Assembly (NCBI GenBank): GCA_012295275.1
Contig: CM022665.1
Coordinates: forward strand, 7,812,001 to 7,876,000
DNA: 64,000 nucleotides
From: Chrysomallon squamiferum
Lineage: Eukaryota > Animalia > Mollusca
Direction of reading: 5' to 3'
Numbering within the stretch: position 1 is the first letter of the stretch; each line of letters begins with the position of its first letter. The translations under genes and the position numbers were made by a program. The notes below the pieces were generated by a model. It did no database searches. It was not told the DNA's origin and was given only the letters and a program-made list of their open reading frames with translations. This document shows positions 38,701 through 52,868 of this stretch, piece by piece.

Positions 38701-41700
38701 CAATAAAATGAACATCATGATTTGAAACTTGCATTTACTTCAGTAAACACTATTGGCTACTGAAGTAAAATGGCTTTGATAAATTGCAGGGTTCAAGTTT
38801 AGAGTTTTTGCTTCCCTAGGACAACACAAGTGAAGCATGAATAAATTAAACAAAATCACTTCTTTTTATTTCAGGTTATAAGTATTAGTTTACACACACA
38901 CATATACACATACATCTGTGATACAAGGATTATCCTTTTAACAACTTTGGCTAGTCAAGCAAAACAGGGTTTGATGCAAACTGAGATAGATTGCACAAAC
39001 CAGAAATATCAGATTAAAGAAGCAATTGATGGAAACATTTTAACAAATTGATTAAGGGGAGGTAATGTGACACAATTTCACTGGCCAGCTTCAAAATTAG
39101 CAACATTTTAGTGACCTCTACTGAACAGAACTGTAAAAGAATATATAATAACCACATTAGACATACATAGACATTTCCATGATGAAAGCATACTAAACAT
39201 TATATTCACACCAATCATTATACACCCAGAATATCTTTAAAATTAAAAAATAAATATAAAATATTGTACTGTCCTAATATCAGTAGAATTCATAGAAACA
39301 ATATACAATATATATCGGATTTACTCAGCTGAATTATCATTAAACAATGGAATGCATAACTATTAAAATTTTAGTAAACACAGTGAAATCTTTCTTTCAT
39401 TTGTGTGTTGTTGTTTGTTTTTTGGGGGGGTATTTTTTATTATTGTTATTTTTTTTAAATAAAGACATTTGTGTAGAAATAAGGTGATGCTGTAGTCTAT
39501 ATTGAAATATTTGTGTTCAAATAAGGTGATACTGTAGAATATATTGAAATATTTGTATAGCAATAAGGTGATACTGTAGAATATATTAAATATTTGTGTA
39601 GAAGTAAAGTGATACTGTAGAATATATTAAATATTTGTATAACAATAAGGTGATATTGTAGAATATATTAAAATATTTGTGTTCAAATAAGGTGATACTG
39701 TAGAATATATTAAAATATTTGTATAGCAATAAGGTGATACTGTAGAATATATTAAATATTTGTGTAGAAATAAGGTGATACTGTAGAATATATTAAATAT
39801 TTGCGTAGAAGTAAAGTGATACTGTAGAATATATTAAATATTTGTGTAGAAATAAGGTGATATTGTAGAATATATAGAAATATTTGTGTAGAAATAAAGT
39901 GATATTGTAGAATATATTGAAATATTTGTGTAGAAATAAAGTGATATTGTAGAATATATTAAATATTTGAGTAGAAATAAAGTGATACTGTAGAATATAT
40001 TGAAATATTTGTGTAGCAATAAGGTGATACTGTAGAATATATTAAATATTTGTGTAGAAATAAGGTGATGCTGTAGACTATACTGAACTATTTGTGTTCA
40101 AATAAGGTGATACTGTAGAATATATTAAATATTTGTGTAGAAGTAAAGTGATACTGTAGAATATATTAAATATTTGTGTAGAAATAAGGTGATATTGTAG
40201 AATATATAGAAATATTTGTGTAGAAATAAAGTGATATTGTAGAATATATTGAAATATTTGTGTAGAAATAAAGTGATATTGTAGAATATATTAAATATTT
40301 GTGTAGAAATAAGGTGATATTGTAGAATATATTGAAATATTTGTGTAGCAATAAAGATATTGTAGAATATATTAAAATATTTGTGTAGAAATAAAGTGAT
40401 GCTGTAGAATATATTAAATATTTGTGTAGAAATAAAGTGATACTGTAGAATATATTGAAATATTTGTGTAGAAATAAGGTGATACTGTAGAATATATTGA
40501 AATATTTGTGTAGAAGTAAAGTGATACTGTAGAATATATTGAAATATTTGTGTAGAAATAAGGTGATACTGTAGAATATATTGAAATATTTGTATAGAAA
40601 TAAAGTGATACTGTAGAATATATTAAATATTTGTGTAGAAATAAAGCAGTACTGTAGAATATATTGAAATATTTGTGTAGAAATAAAGTGATACTGTAGA
40701 ATATATAAAAATATTTGTGTAGAAGTAAAGTGATACTGTAGAATATATTGAAATATTTTTTGTGTAGAAATAAAGCGGTACTGTAGAATATATTGAAATA
40801 TTTGTGTAGAAATAAAGTAACAGTGTAGAATATATTGAAATATTTGTGTAGAAGTAAAGTGATACTGTAGAATATATTCAACTATTTGTGTAGAAATAAG
40901 GAAGCGGTACTGTAGAACATTCAGCAAGGTGATGCAGGAGCTGAGTTTGCAAATGGAGTCTGAAGAGTATCTTGAGGCATATGCTGTTTTCAGTCAGGAA
41001 TACCCAAACCTGAAGAAACTTCTCACAGATGTCCAGTACAGTGCTCAGGAGACATTTCCATTCTATATAGAAATGGCTGCATCTGCCTCCAGTCTCATCA
41101 TTGAATATTTTGGCAGTAAGTGTGATACATTAGATGGAAATGTTAAAGCAGATTGTGATATTTTTTATATAGAGGAGCTAATTAAATGAGATTCATGTTC
41201 AGTGATTAAACTTGATGTATGTCTGAATTTAGTTTGACCACAAGGTGCATAGTTTAGATACCTGTCAAGAATTACTTTTTATGAATCTTCACCTTCAGAA
41301 CATTATTGATTACAATTCACTACTTGACACATAGTATAGTAGTCTATTATGATACATAATTACTAATTTGTTTAAATACTGTTATATATTCTTAATGAGA
41401 GAGAGAGAGAGAGAGATTAGGTTTGTACATTAAGTAAAAAGCAATCAACAGTTAATGTAATAGTATGACACTGTAATAATGGATTAAGATAATATAAAAT
41501 ATATATATATATATATATATATGTAACATTATGGGATGTAATTTGTTTTTTTATTTTGTTGTTTTGTTATTTTTTTAAATAGATGAATGTATTATGTATT
41601 TCACTAAATGCTTTGAATTGGCAAAGATGTATGGCAAAGAAAGAGATCGAGCAGTAGCAATGACACATTATGGGCGGGCTCTGACAAATGTCAAGGTCAG

Positions 41701-44015
41701 ATTACATGGTTGATTTCAAACAACATTAGAGTGCAGAAATACAAAATATACAACATGATAGTGTGTGTTGGTTTAGAATGAATTCAGATAATATTCTCTT
41801 TTTGTTAGCATTATGTGCCATCAGTAGCTAAGTCATTTCATTATTTTTTTTTTTTTTTTTTTATTATTTTCTTCAGACAGTAAATATCTGTGTGGTTGGG
41901 ACTTTTTTGTTTAAAATATTTAATTTAACTGATCAAAAATCAGTGGTGAAAAGATCATATAGGTGTAATTTAAAATCTTTATTTATGTTGAAGAATAGAA
42001 TATTAATAATATCTTTTATTATTTCATCATCATCATCATCATTATTATTATTATTATTACAGTGTGATTTTAATGGAGGAATAAAAATGCTCACACAAGC
42101 AGTTGCAATCTTAGAACAGTTTCCTCCTTCAGAATTCATGTCTTCTATTCTGTTAAGTTTGGGTTGGACATATTATCTTCAGGGCCAAGCTGCAGAAGCT
42201 ACCAAGTATGATCAGTTTATAATGCTGGGATTTCTTTTCTCAAAGTATTGAGATATACTGATATATTTGAATTACTGGATTAATATGACTTAGTGATGAT
42301 TGTTTTTTCAGTGTATTGTTATAAATATGTGGATTTGTTATGTTAAATTGGATTAATATTTATTACTGTTATTAATTATTTTTTTGTATATTAAATACAT
42401 TAATATATCATTATGTTTCAAATGCACTGTTGTTTAAATAGAGCCACCCATCAACAGTAGATTAAATATGTTGTGAATGAACAGAATTAAAATATTTCTT
42501 TGCAGATTTGGGACAATAATTACATAGCCTGGCACTAGCTTTGAAATTTTTCCATTTCTATAATCTACAGTGTGACAGGTTTTAGAAGAAGGTGTGAGTC
42601 TTGACATAAGATGTTTATAAAATGATATCACTTTTAATTTCCTTTAACATTTTCATTCATTCAGGTACTTCAGCAGAGGTATTTCAGTTTTAAAGCAAGC
42701 TGGTTGTGAAAATAGTATCTTCCTGTATCGACTACTCAACTGTATTGGATTGACTAATATTGTGACTGGTAAGGCTGCAGATGTTCACAACACATCTGCT
42801 GGATTATCTGCCTTAAAAGTTAATAAAATAAATCTGAATTAATTTTTCATTAGTTCCACTATAGTATAGTGTTATTTACAGATCTCAGTGTGCATTGAAA
42901 CCTCTCTTCATTTAATATTTATGGAGATATTTTCATTAGCTATAGCTCTAAAAAAGTATTGATATTTTGATATGAAGAATTATTATTTGATGGAACATTT
43001 ATCTGTTACCTGTTAACTTACATATGTACTGTGTATCATACATTCAAGGACACCATTATTAATGTTCTCTATGATTTTTCTCTTTCAAATAGACTAAAAC
43101 TGACGTGGCAAATACTTTTTCAATTTCCATATTCGGTCTCCTTTTTTATGTTTGTGTGTGTATGTTGACTGTCTGTCTCTTTCTCTGTCTCTCAGCTTTT
43201 CTGTATTTTAATGAAATTACATTTTAGAAAATCTTACTGTAGCTGAGAACTACATGTTTCATGCTTTGAGAGGTTTTATTAAAAAACTTGGAGAAGACCA
43301 TCCCTCTGTTGGTTCTATCTATAACAACATAGGTTTGCTGATGAAAAGGAAAGAAGATCACCTTAATGCTAAAAGATATTTTGAACTTGGATTGGAAATA
43401 AAACTAAAGAACAAAGCACCATTAAAAGCAGTCATTGCTTCACAGAAAAATGTAGCTGTAACTTACATTGAACTGGGGAGACTACAGGAAGCAAAAATTC
43501 TGTTAGATGCAGCTTTGGCATCACTGGAATTTGCACCAGATTTATACAGTTATGAAAGAGGTATTATCCTTGACTCCATGGGTCAGCTGTATTTGAAGCA
43601 AGGAAGCGCTGAAGATGCAATTAGTACATTAAAGATGGCTGTTAGCATCAGAGAGAATTACAACAAAGGAAGTGTAGCTCATAGAGAAAGTTTAGTTAAC
43701 CTGGGATGTGCTTATAAGTTATCAGGAGCAGAAAGTGAAGCTTTGAAAAACTTTGAAGAAGCAGTCTCGTTTGAATCCAAAAGTCAAGGACCTGAAAGTG
43801 AAGGATACATAATGTACACATGTTACAAAGAGATGATAGAACTTCTTACAAATCAAGGAGATGTCAAGAAAGTGAAGGAAACTTACATAGCAGCATCTGC
43901 CCACCTCACAAATTTGATTCAGTTTTGCCATGCAAATAATCTGTCAGATGAAAAATACAGCAAACTTCTTGCTGAATTGAAAAACAGTGAAAAAAAAGAA
44001 CTCTTTGCTGAATAA
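35793..44015 (+). CDS. Gene B: STAND (NB-ARC-like) NTPase-TPR NLR-like protein, ~798 aa, 9 coding exons, intact
   Basis: Exons 35793-36432, 36870-36989, 37450-37563, 38273-38425, 40894-41115, 41583-41695, 42063-42205, 42665-42768, 43228-44015; exons 2-9 have the same lengths as in gene A; 2397 nt open; same STAND motifs and TPRs. Confidence 0.88.
39467..40893 (+). repeat. 42-bp splice-acceptor-derived minisatellite in gene B intron 4 (~34 units)
   Basis: Same unit as in gene A; ends at the TAG preceding exon 5 (40894). Confidence 0.92.
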
Positions 44016-44946
44016 ATGTTAATGACTGAAAACGTCTTCAGTAAAACATGTTGAATGACCTTGGATACAAATAGTGTGAAATTTGCAAATATAATTAAGT
44101 CTGTTTTGATTTTTGAATTTCTTTCTAATTTTTTTCATAATGTTTATAAAAGATAGATGAACCCAACAAAACAGAACAAAAATGAACTTTATATCATAAT
44201 TACATAATTAATTACATAATTAACACTGATTATAATTATATAAATATAAACTGAAGAATATAACATATTATTATGATACATTGAACTGTATTTATTTATA
44301 GAATAGTATATTAGATGTAAACATCCAGTAAATTAGTACACTATATTTTATCATATATACCATTAAGTCAAGTATATTAGTACTTTATATATTTCTATTC
44401 ACCAGACTGATATATTATATGTCATGATATAACACCATCTAATAATTTTGTGTTTTTGTGATCTGACTGATGGATAATGCAATATACAGGTAAGATAAAG
44501 AACATCGACTCTTATTATGTGAAGTTGACATTTTTTAAGACATATTCTTCAGTTTCATATTTTCTGATCATGCATACACTTTAATATATTCCACAATGTA
44601 CCCTATCCCAAAAGAACTGTGTTTTTTGTGGGTTTTTTAAACCTTTTGATTTTACATTAGTTTTAACTATGGTATCTTTTTTCTTGTTTTTTGTTTGTTG
44701 TTGTTTTTCTAAAAACAAATTGGGGGGGGAAGTGTATTTCTATATTATTTTTGTAGATGTTTTTAATACTTGGATATAAATAATAATTTATTTAAAAATT
44801 TCTAATCAGAGTGTGGACATTGCTAAAATATACATTAAAGTTTGCTATAGATATTGTTGAAATATGCCATAAAGATTATTTTTTTCCGTTGCCGTTTGTT
44901 GTTGTGATTGTTGTTACCTCGGTGTTAAGAACTGAGCAGTTGCATT

Positions 44947-44985
<39 letters not shown>

Positions 44986-45792
44986 AAAGCTCTTGGAAGT
45001 TTATAGTATAAAATATATTAAGACTCCATTTTTTCCGTCAAATTATAAGTGATTTCTATTCTGCATCTGTTAACTCATTTCACCCTAATGTGTCTAGAGA
45101 AAGAACTCACTGCTCCCCATTTTTGTAGCCTAGCGATCGTTTGCGCGTGTGTGTGTGTATGCATGTATGTATTCATACATACATAGGTGTATATATGTAT
45201 GTATGTGTGTGTATGTATAAATTCAGCCTAAAGGTCTTTCTGGAAATTTTCAATGTTCAGCAGCTACCATCATGCTTTTGGCCAGCTATTAATATAATAA
45301 TTCAAAACAGCTTGGGATATATTACTGCATGTCAAGATAGTTAGACACACTCTAATTATTCTCATTAGGCCTACTGCCAGATGTCTGTTTCATATTGCAG
45401 CTTATCACACCAATAATTTGCTGAATTTATACAGGTTTTCAGTAAGAGGAACACTTTTAAAAAGAAAATTGTCCTGGATGTTTTCTCTCTTTTTTTTTTT
45501 TCTTCTTGTTTAGTTGTTCTGTTTTATTTATTGAAAATGGAATAGATAATAATATTGCAGTTACTGTTCAATAAACTGCTGATTTTAATTTGATTTAACG
45601 TAAGAAAGCCTGCAATTATGTTTTTGAATATAGAAAATAATTTAAATAATACAGCACAATCTTTGAACACATTCAAATATCTCCTTTCTTTGGACATCAA
45701 CATTTATCAACATGAAAACTAAACTCGCTTTCAGAGACACATAAGCCACAGCACTCTGCCTCATATTGTGAAATGCAGGTAATAATTTCAGA

Positions 45793-46135
45793 TCACTTAT
45801 AGTACAGTTCTGTTCTCAGACAATCACTTATTGTACAGTTCTGTTCTCAGACAATCACTTATTGTAAAGCTCTATTCTCAGACAATCACTTATAGTACTG
45901 CTCTATTCTACGACAATCACTTATTGTACAGTTCTGTTCTCAGAGAATCACTTATTGTACAGTTCTGTTCTCAGAGAATCACTTGTTGTACAGTTCTGTT
46001 CTCAGAGAATCACTTGTTGTACAGTTCTGTTCTCAGAGAATCACTTGTTGTACAGTTCTGTTCTCAGAGAATCACTTGTTGTACAGTTCTGTTCTCAGAG
46101 AATCACTTGTTTCACTGCTCTATTATCTGACAATA
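45793..46135. repeat. 31-bp minisatellite downstream of gene C
   Basis: Paralogue of 24373-24855 with more homogeneous units. Confidence 0.9.
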
Positions 46136-47676
46136 CGTATTACTTAAGGCACTGCCAGCTTTCCTAACTTAGGACCTCACTATGTCTAAATTTGGTTCTG
46201 ATCACTTTATTGAATACTCTGTACGTCATACTGCTAAGTAAAAAGAAAAATGTGTAAAAATTCACTTTTTAAATTTTACATTTCACGTATTAAACTTCAC
46301 ATGGACTTTATGTTTTATTATCATTCAGTAACAAACTATAGAAAAGGTTCATAAGAAGGTATGTTCTTGAAGTCTCATTCAGTAACAAACTATAGTAAAG
46401 ATTCACAAGTGTTCTTGAAATCTCATGATTACTGTTTATTATATAAAAAACACAAGCAACACAGAAATAAGACATAAGGTGATACTGATCAAATGGTTTC
46501 TGACATTCCTTGGTTTCACATGACCTTGAATTTGGTTTTATCTTGTTTTTAGTCATTAACATTTATTCAGCAAACAGTTTTTTGTTTGTTTGTTTTTTGT
46601 TGTTATTCACTTTTTCACTTTTAAGCTGCTATGTAAGCTTCCTTCACTTTCTTGACATCTCCTTGATTTGTAAGAAGTTCTATCATCTCTTTGTAACATG
46701 TGTACATTATGTATCCTTCACTTATAGGTCCTTGACTTTTGGATTCAAACGAAACTTCTTCTAAGTTTTTCAAAGCTTCACTTTGAGCCCCTGAATGTTT
46801 ATAAACTTTCTCAGTGAGCTACACTTCCTTTGTTGTAATTCTCTCTGATGCTAACAGCCATCTCTAACGAACTAATTGCATCTTCAGCGTTTCCTTGCTT
46901 CAAATACAGCTGATGCATGGTTTCAAGAATAATAACTCTTTCATAACTGAATAAATCTGGTGCAAATTCCAGTGATGCCAAAGCTGCATCTAACAGAGTC
47001 TTTGCTTCCTGTAGTCTCCCCAGTTCAATATAAGTTACAGCTACATTTTTCTGTGAAGCAATGACTGCCTTTAATGGTGCTTTGTTCTTTAGTTTTATTT
47101 CCAATCCACGTTCAAAATATTTTTTAGCATTAAGGTGATCTTCTTTCCTTTTCATCAGCAAACCTATGTTGTTATAAACAGAACCAACAGAGGGATGGTC
47201 TTCTCCAAGTTTTTTAATAAAACCTCTCAAAGCATGAAACATGTAGTTCTCAGCTACTGTAAGATTTCCTAAAATTAATCAAAACAGAAACAATACATGG
47301 CAGAAATAAATCTTGCAGTTAAAATTTAATGTTAATAATGCAGAATGCACATGTTTAAATGGTATTCAGCTTTATAGATTAACTTCTCTCAGTAAATGAT
47401 GGTTAACTGATTATTGTTAATTAAAAATAGATTCCAAAGTATTAGTAAACAGATAACACATGAATATAAGTATTAATTATGTGTTCTTTATGCTAAAAAA
47501 ATGTTATAATCAATACCATTTATATAAGCAATTAATATTAAATTAATACAAGAAAGATTGTGTATTAGAATTTACAAGCTGCTTTATATTCTGTCATGTA
47601 ATAGAAAATACATTAACACCATTTTGAAGATATCATATTTGGATATCTATATGGCTCTTGATTTAATTCGTTATAA

Positions 47677-47707
<31 letters not shown>

Positions 47708-49118
47708 CAATTTACATCGGAAACAATCCAAACTGTACATGAATTTTCTTGAGGAAAACCTTCAAGCAGTAATGACCAAAATAAGACCAGAAACATTTTC
47801 ACAGCCAATTCAACACTAATGTTATATACAGCGTCTTTATTAGTAGACTTTATTGTTATTCACAAATTGATCAGCACCATTTTTTCATAAATATGTTACT
47901 GGCAATGGACATCAGTTATCCTCACAAAGACATCTTTATTAGTAAGAGAAAGCACCATAGTTTCACCACCACAAACAAGACCTTAATTCACTACCTGGTA
48001 ATCACCAGCTGATCACAAACACAAACATATTCAATCTAGACTGGTCACTGGTTTTGCATCTGTTACCCCAAACTCTCACATATTTTGTCCATTGTAAACC
48101 GAACCTGTGGATCTAGACATGTTCAACTGATATTTTCATTATTAATAATAAATAAATATTTTCATTATAAATACTGAACTCATATTCTAGTCGTAAACAG
48201 TAACTTTTTATTTTTATTATAAATACTACATCAATATTTTCATTATAAATATATAAAATGCATGTTCACGCAAAATGGACATATCAGCCAAAAAAGTTAA
48301 TAATAAAAATATTTTTATATTTCATCTCTTCAAAAACAATATTTTAATTATTTTGCAAATGGCCCATTGGAAAAACTGAAGTGGACTGACCTTCTAATCT
48401 GTTGCACTTCAGCTTTACAATCTGCAGTTTCCAACACTTTCAAATAAATAAATTTACATATTTTTATAGGTGTGTGTCACTTTCTGGTTTACTTTTCTCA
48501 TTAATATGTCTTTTTTTATTACAGAAATTCCACACCATTTGAATAACTTACTTTCCACGATATTAGACAATCCAATACAGTTGATATGTCGATAAAGGAA
48601 GATGCTGTTCTCACATTCAGCCTCCTTTAAAACTGACAAACCTCTCTCAAACTGCCTAAAATTAAAACACAAAGAAATAATTTCAATCTGCAAATGAACA
48701 TGTACCTTACAGATCTGATTAAGTAATTCCTCTTTAATGTATCAATATGTACCCACAGATATTCACACATACACATATACACAAAACATACAGCAACACA
48801 TACATCCTCATACACATATATAATGCTGATGTTTATACTGGCATGTAGGTTCAATTGTCTTATAAATTTTCACCATGCCACTTTTATATATAATATCCCA
48901 AAGGAATAAAAACAAATGTAGAAAACAGCTTCCTGTATTAGTTTAGGTAATCAGGGTAACAGTTTGTGCCTACTTGATAGCATCTTGCGGCCGACCCTGA
49001 AGATGATATGTCCAACCCAAACTTAACAGAATAGAAGACATGAATTCTGAAGGAGGAAACTGTTCTAAGATTGCAACTGCTTGTGTCAGCATTTTTATTC
49101 CTCCATTAAAATCACACT

Positions 49119-49173
<55 letters not shown>

Positions 49174-49175
49174 TG

Positions 49176-49252
<77 letters not shown>

Positions 49253-49433
49253 TAATGATAATAATGATAATAATAATAAAAATAATAATGATAATAGTAA
49301 TAATAATAATAATAATCATAATAATAATAATAATAAAATATATTATTAATATTCCATTATTCGACATAAATGAAAAATTTAAATTAAATTTAAATTCCAG
49401 ATATCTGATCTTTTCACCACTGATTTTTAACCA

Positions 49434-49465
<32 letters not shown>

Positions 49466-50375
49466 CAACAACAACAAAAAAAGAAAGATATTTACTGTCT
49501 GAAGGACAACATTTCAGGGTTAAATGTTAGAAGAAAATAAAATGACACATAATGTTAATAAGAAGAAAATATTATCTTAATTCATTTTAAACCAACACAA
49601 ACTATCATGTTGTATATTTTGAATTTCTGCACTCTAATGTTGTTTTAAATCAACAATGTAATCTGACCTTGACATTTGTCAGAGCCCGCCCATAATGTGT
49701 CATTGCTACTGCTCGATCTCTTTCTTTGCCATACATCTTTGCCAATTCAAAGCATTTAGTGAAATACATAATACTTTCATCTATTTAAAAAAATAACAAA
49801 ACAACAAAATAAAAAAACATATTACATCTCATGATGTTACATATATATATTTTATATTATCTGAATCCATTATTACAGTGTCATACTATTACATTAACTG
49901 TTGATTGCTTTTTACTTAATGTACAAACCTAATCTCTCTGTCAAGTAGTGAATTGTATACAACAATGTGCTGAAGGTGAAGATTCATAAAAAGTAATTCT
50001 CCACAGGTATCTAAACTATGCACCTTGTGGTCAAACTAAATTCAGACATACATCAAGTTTAATCACTGAACATGAATCTCATTTAATTAGCTCCTCTATA
50101 TAAAAAAATATCACAATCTGCTTTAACATTTTCATCTAATGTATCACACTTACTGCCAAAATATTCAATGATGAGACTGGAGGCAGATGCAGCCATTTCA
50201 ATATAGAACGGAAATGTCTCCTGAGCACTGTACTGGACATCTGTGAGAAGTTTCTTCAGGTTTGGGTATTCCTGACTGAAAACAGCATATGCCTCGAGAT
50301 ACTCTTCAGACTCCATTTGCAAACTCAGCTCCTTCATCACCTTGCTGAATGTTCTACAGTACCGCTTCCTTATTT

Positions 50376-51700
50376 CTACACAAATAGTTGAATATATTCT
50401 ACAGTATCACTTTACTTCTACACAAATATTTAATATATTCTACACTATTACTTTATTTCTACACAAATATTTCAATATATTCTACAGTACCGCTTTATTT
50501 CTACACAAATATTTCAATATATTCTACAGTATCACTTTACTTCTACACAAATATTTCAATATATTCTACACTATCACCTTATTTCTACACAAATATTTCA
50601 ATATATTCTACAGTACCGCTTTATTTCTACACAAATATTTAATATATTCTACCATATCACCTTAATTCTACACAAATATTTCAATATATTCTACAGTATC
50701 ACCTTATTTCTACACAAATATTTCAATATATTCTACCATATCACCTTAATTCTACACAAATATTTCGATATATTCTACAGTACTGCTTCCTTCTTTCTAC
50801 AGAAATATTTTAATATATTCTACAATATCACTTTATTTCCACACAAATATTTCAATATATTCTACACTATCACTTTATTTCTACACAAATATTTTAATAT
50901 ATTCTACAGTATCACCTTATTTCTACACAAATATTTTAATATATTCTACAATATCACCATATTTCTACACAAATATTTCAATATATTCTACAATATCACT
51001 TTATTTTTACACAAATATTTCAATATATTCTAGAAAGTCACCTTATTTCTACACAAATATTTCAATATATTCTACAGTATCACTTTATCACAAATATTTT
51101 ATTTCTACATATAATCAAATTTTAATATATTCTACAGTATCATCTTATTTTCAAATATTTTTATATATTCTACAAAATATTTTTACACAAATTTTTAATA
51201 TATTCTACAATATCACCTTATTTCTACACAAATATTTTTATATATTCTACAATATCACCATATTTCTACACAAATATTTCAATATATTCTACAATATCAC
51301 CTTATTTCTACACAAATATTTCAATATATTCTACAATATCACCTTATTTTTACACAAATATTTTAATATATTCTACAATATCACCATATTTCTACACAAA
51401 TATTTCAATATATTCTACAATATCACTTTATTTCTACACTAATATTTTAATATATTCTACAGCATCACTTTATTTCTACACAAATATTTTAATATATTCT
51501 ACAATATCACCTTATTTCTACACAAATATTTTAATATATTTTACAGTATTACTTTATTTCTACACAAATATTTCAATATATTCTACAGCATCACTTTATT
51601 TCTAAACAAATATTTTAATATATTCTACAGTATCACCTTATTTCTACACAAATATTTTAATATATCCTACACTTTAATCTTATTTCTACACAAACATTTT
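50376..51700 (-). repeat. 42-bp splice-acceptor-derived minisatellite in gene C intron 4 (~31 units)
   Basis: Same unit, abutting the exon 5 start at 50375. Confidence 0.92.
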
Positions 51701-51801
51701 AATGTTATATAGTATCACAGCAATGATTTCTATATAAATATTTTAATATATTTTAATATAATCTGTACCTAAAATAAAAAGAAGCCATTTTGTTAAATAT
51801 A

Positions 51802-52008
51802 CTGGGGGGTGCAAAAGTAGGTATACAGTTATGAAAAAAGAAAACATTATTCAAACAAAAAAGCTAATATAAAAATACATGCATTTTATTAATTTAAATA
51901 AATATGGTTAATGATACTCAAAATAAGAAAAATGTGTCAACTATTTTAATGTGCTACTAACTTCACTGATGTGATACTTCTGTATACCTACTTTTGCACA
52001 CATACCCG
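51802..52008. mobile_element. Tc1/mariner-like MITE in gene C intron 4 (copy of 31265-31473)
   Basis: Same inverted repeats at the same insertion site as in gene A. Confidence 0.72.
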
Positions 52009-52164
52009 TGTATTTGTGCTTCACCTGTGTTGTTCTAGGCAAGCAACAACTCTATACTGAACCATACAATTTAACAAAGCCATTTTACTTCACTGGTCAG
52101 TACTGTTTACTGAAGTAAATGCAAGTTTCAAATCATGATGTTCATTTTATTGTAGATGTGTGTG

Positions 52165-52207
<43 letters not shown>

Positions 52208-52802
52208 TTTACATTTACAGTTAGTGAATAAAACTATATATGCCTTTATAATGAAACTTTGTAATCTGTGTTGTTCTAGGAAAGCAAAAAGTCACAGAAT
52301 AATATGTAGCATCACAGACAAACTAAGAACTTAACAATGGGAAACCAAGCAACAGCTTTACATTGAAGCCTGATATTTAAATAATACAGACTATTTTCTT
52401 ATTGGTAGGAATAAAACAAAATTACCTGGAAGATTTTCAATTTTCAAATACACTTCAAGACAGTCCTGCAGAATTCCATGAATGTTGTATCGCCTTGTTT
52501 TTGGTTGAAACTGTATCATGTATCGTTTTTTCAGAGGGACCAGTGTCTGCTGAATGGTTTCACTTTTAGTAGTATCATCTACATATAAGACAGACATTTT
52601 TATATTGAATTTGACTAAAGCATTTCTCTTCTGTACAACAATATACAGTTTTGTATTTATAGAAATTATATTGTAAAAATTAATAGATCAACACACTTAC
52701 TATTTTACAGAAGAAAGAAGAAAAATGTCTTGGACTATAAACATTAACAGAAATTAAATAATAATAATAATCATAATAATCATAATCATAATCATAATCA
52801 TA

Positions 52803-52868
<66 letters not shown>

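Larger units (their letters stand above)
23859..45232. repeat. Segmental duplication unit 1 (~21 kb; gene A/B inverted pair plus flanks)
   Basis: Homology with unit 2 begins at GGTCTTTCTGGAAATTTTCAAT (23859 vs 45233). Start codons are offset by 20576 (A vs C) and 20581 (B vs D). Confidence 0.85.

Noticed and set aside
40166-40927. Long ORFs over the arrays (YFNIFYSITLFLHK / STQIFQYILQ repeats), also near 30.2, 50.3 and 60 kb
   Set aside because: Antisense read-through of a 42-bp (multiple of 3) repeat; frames break wherever a unit is 41 bp.
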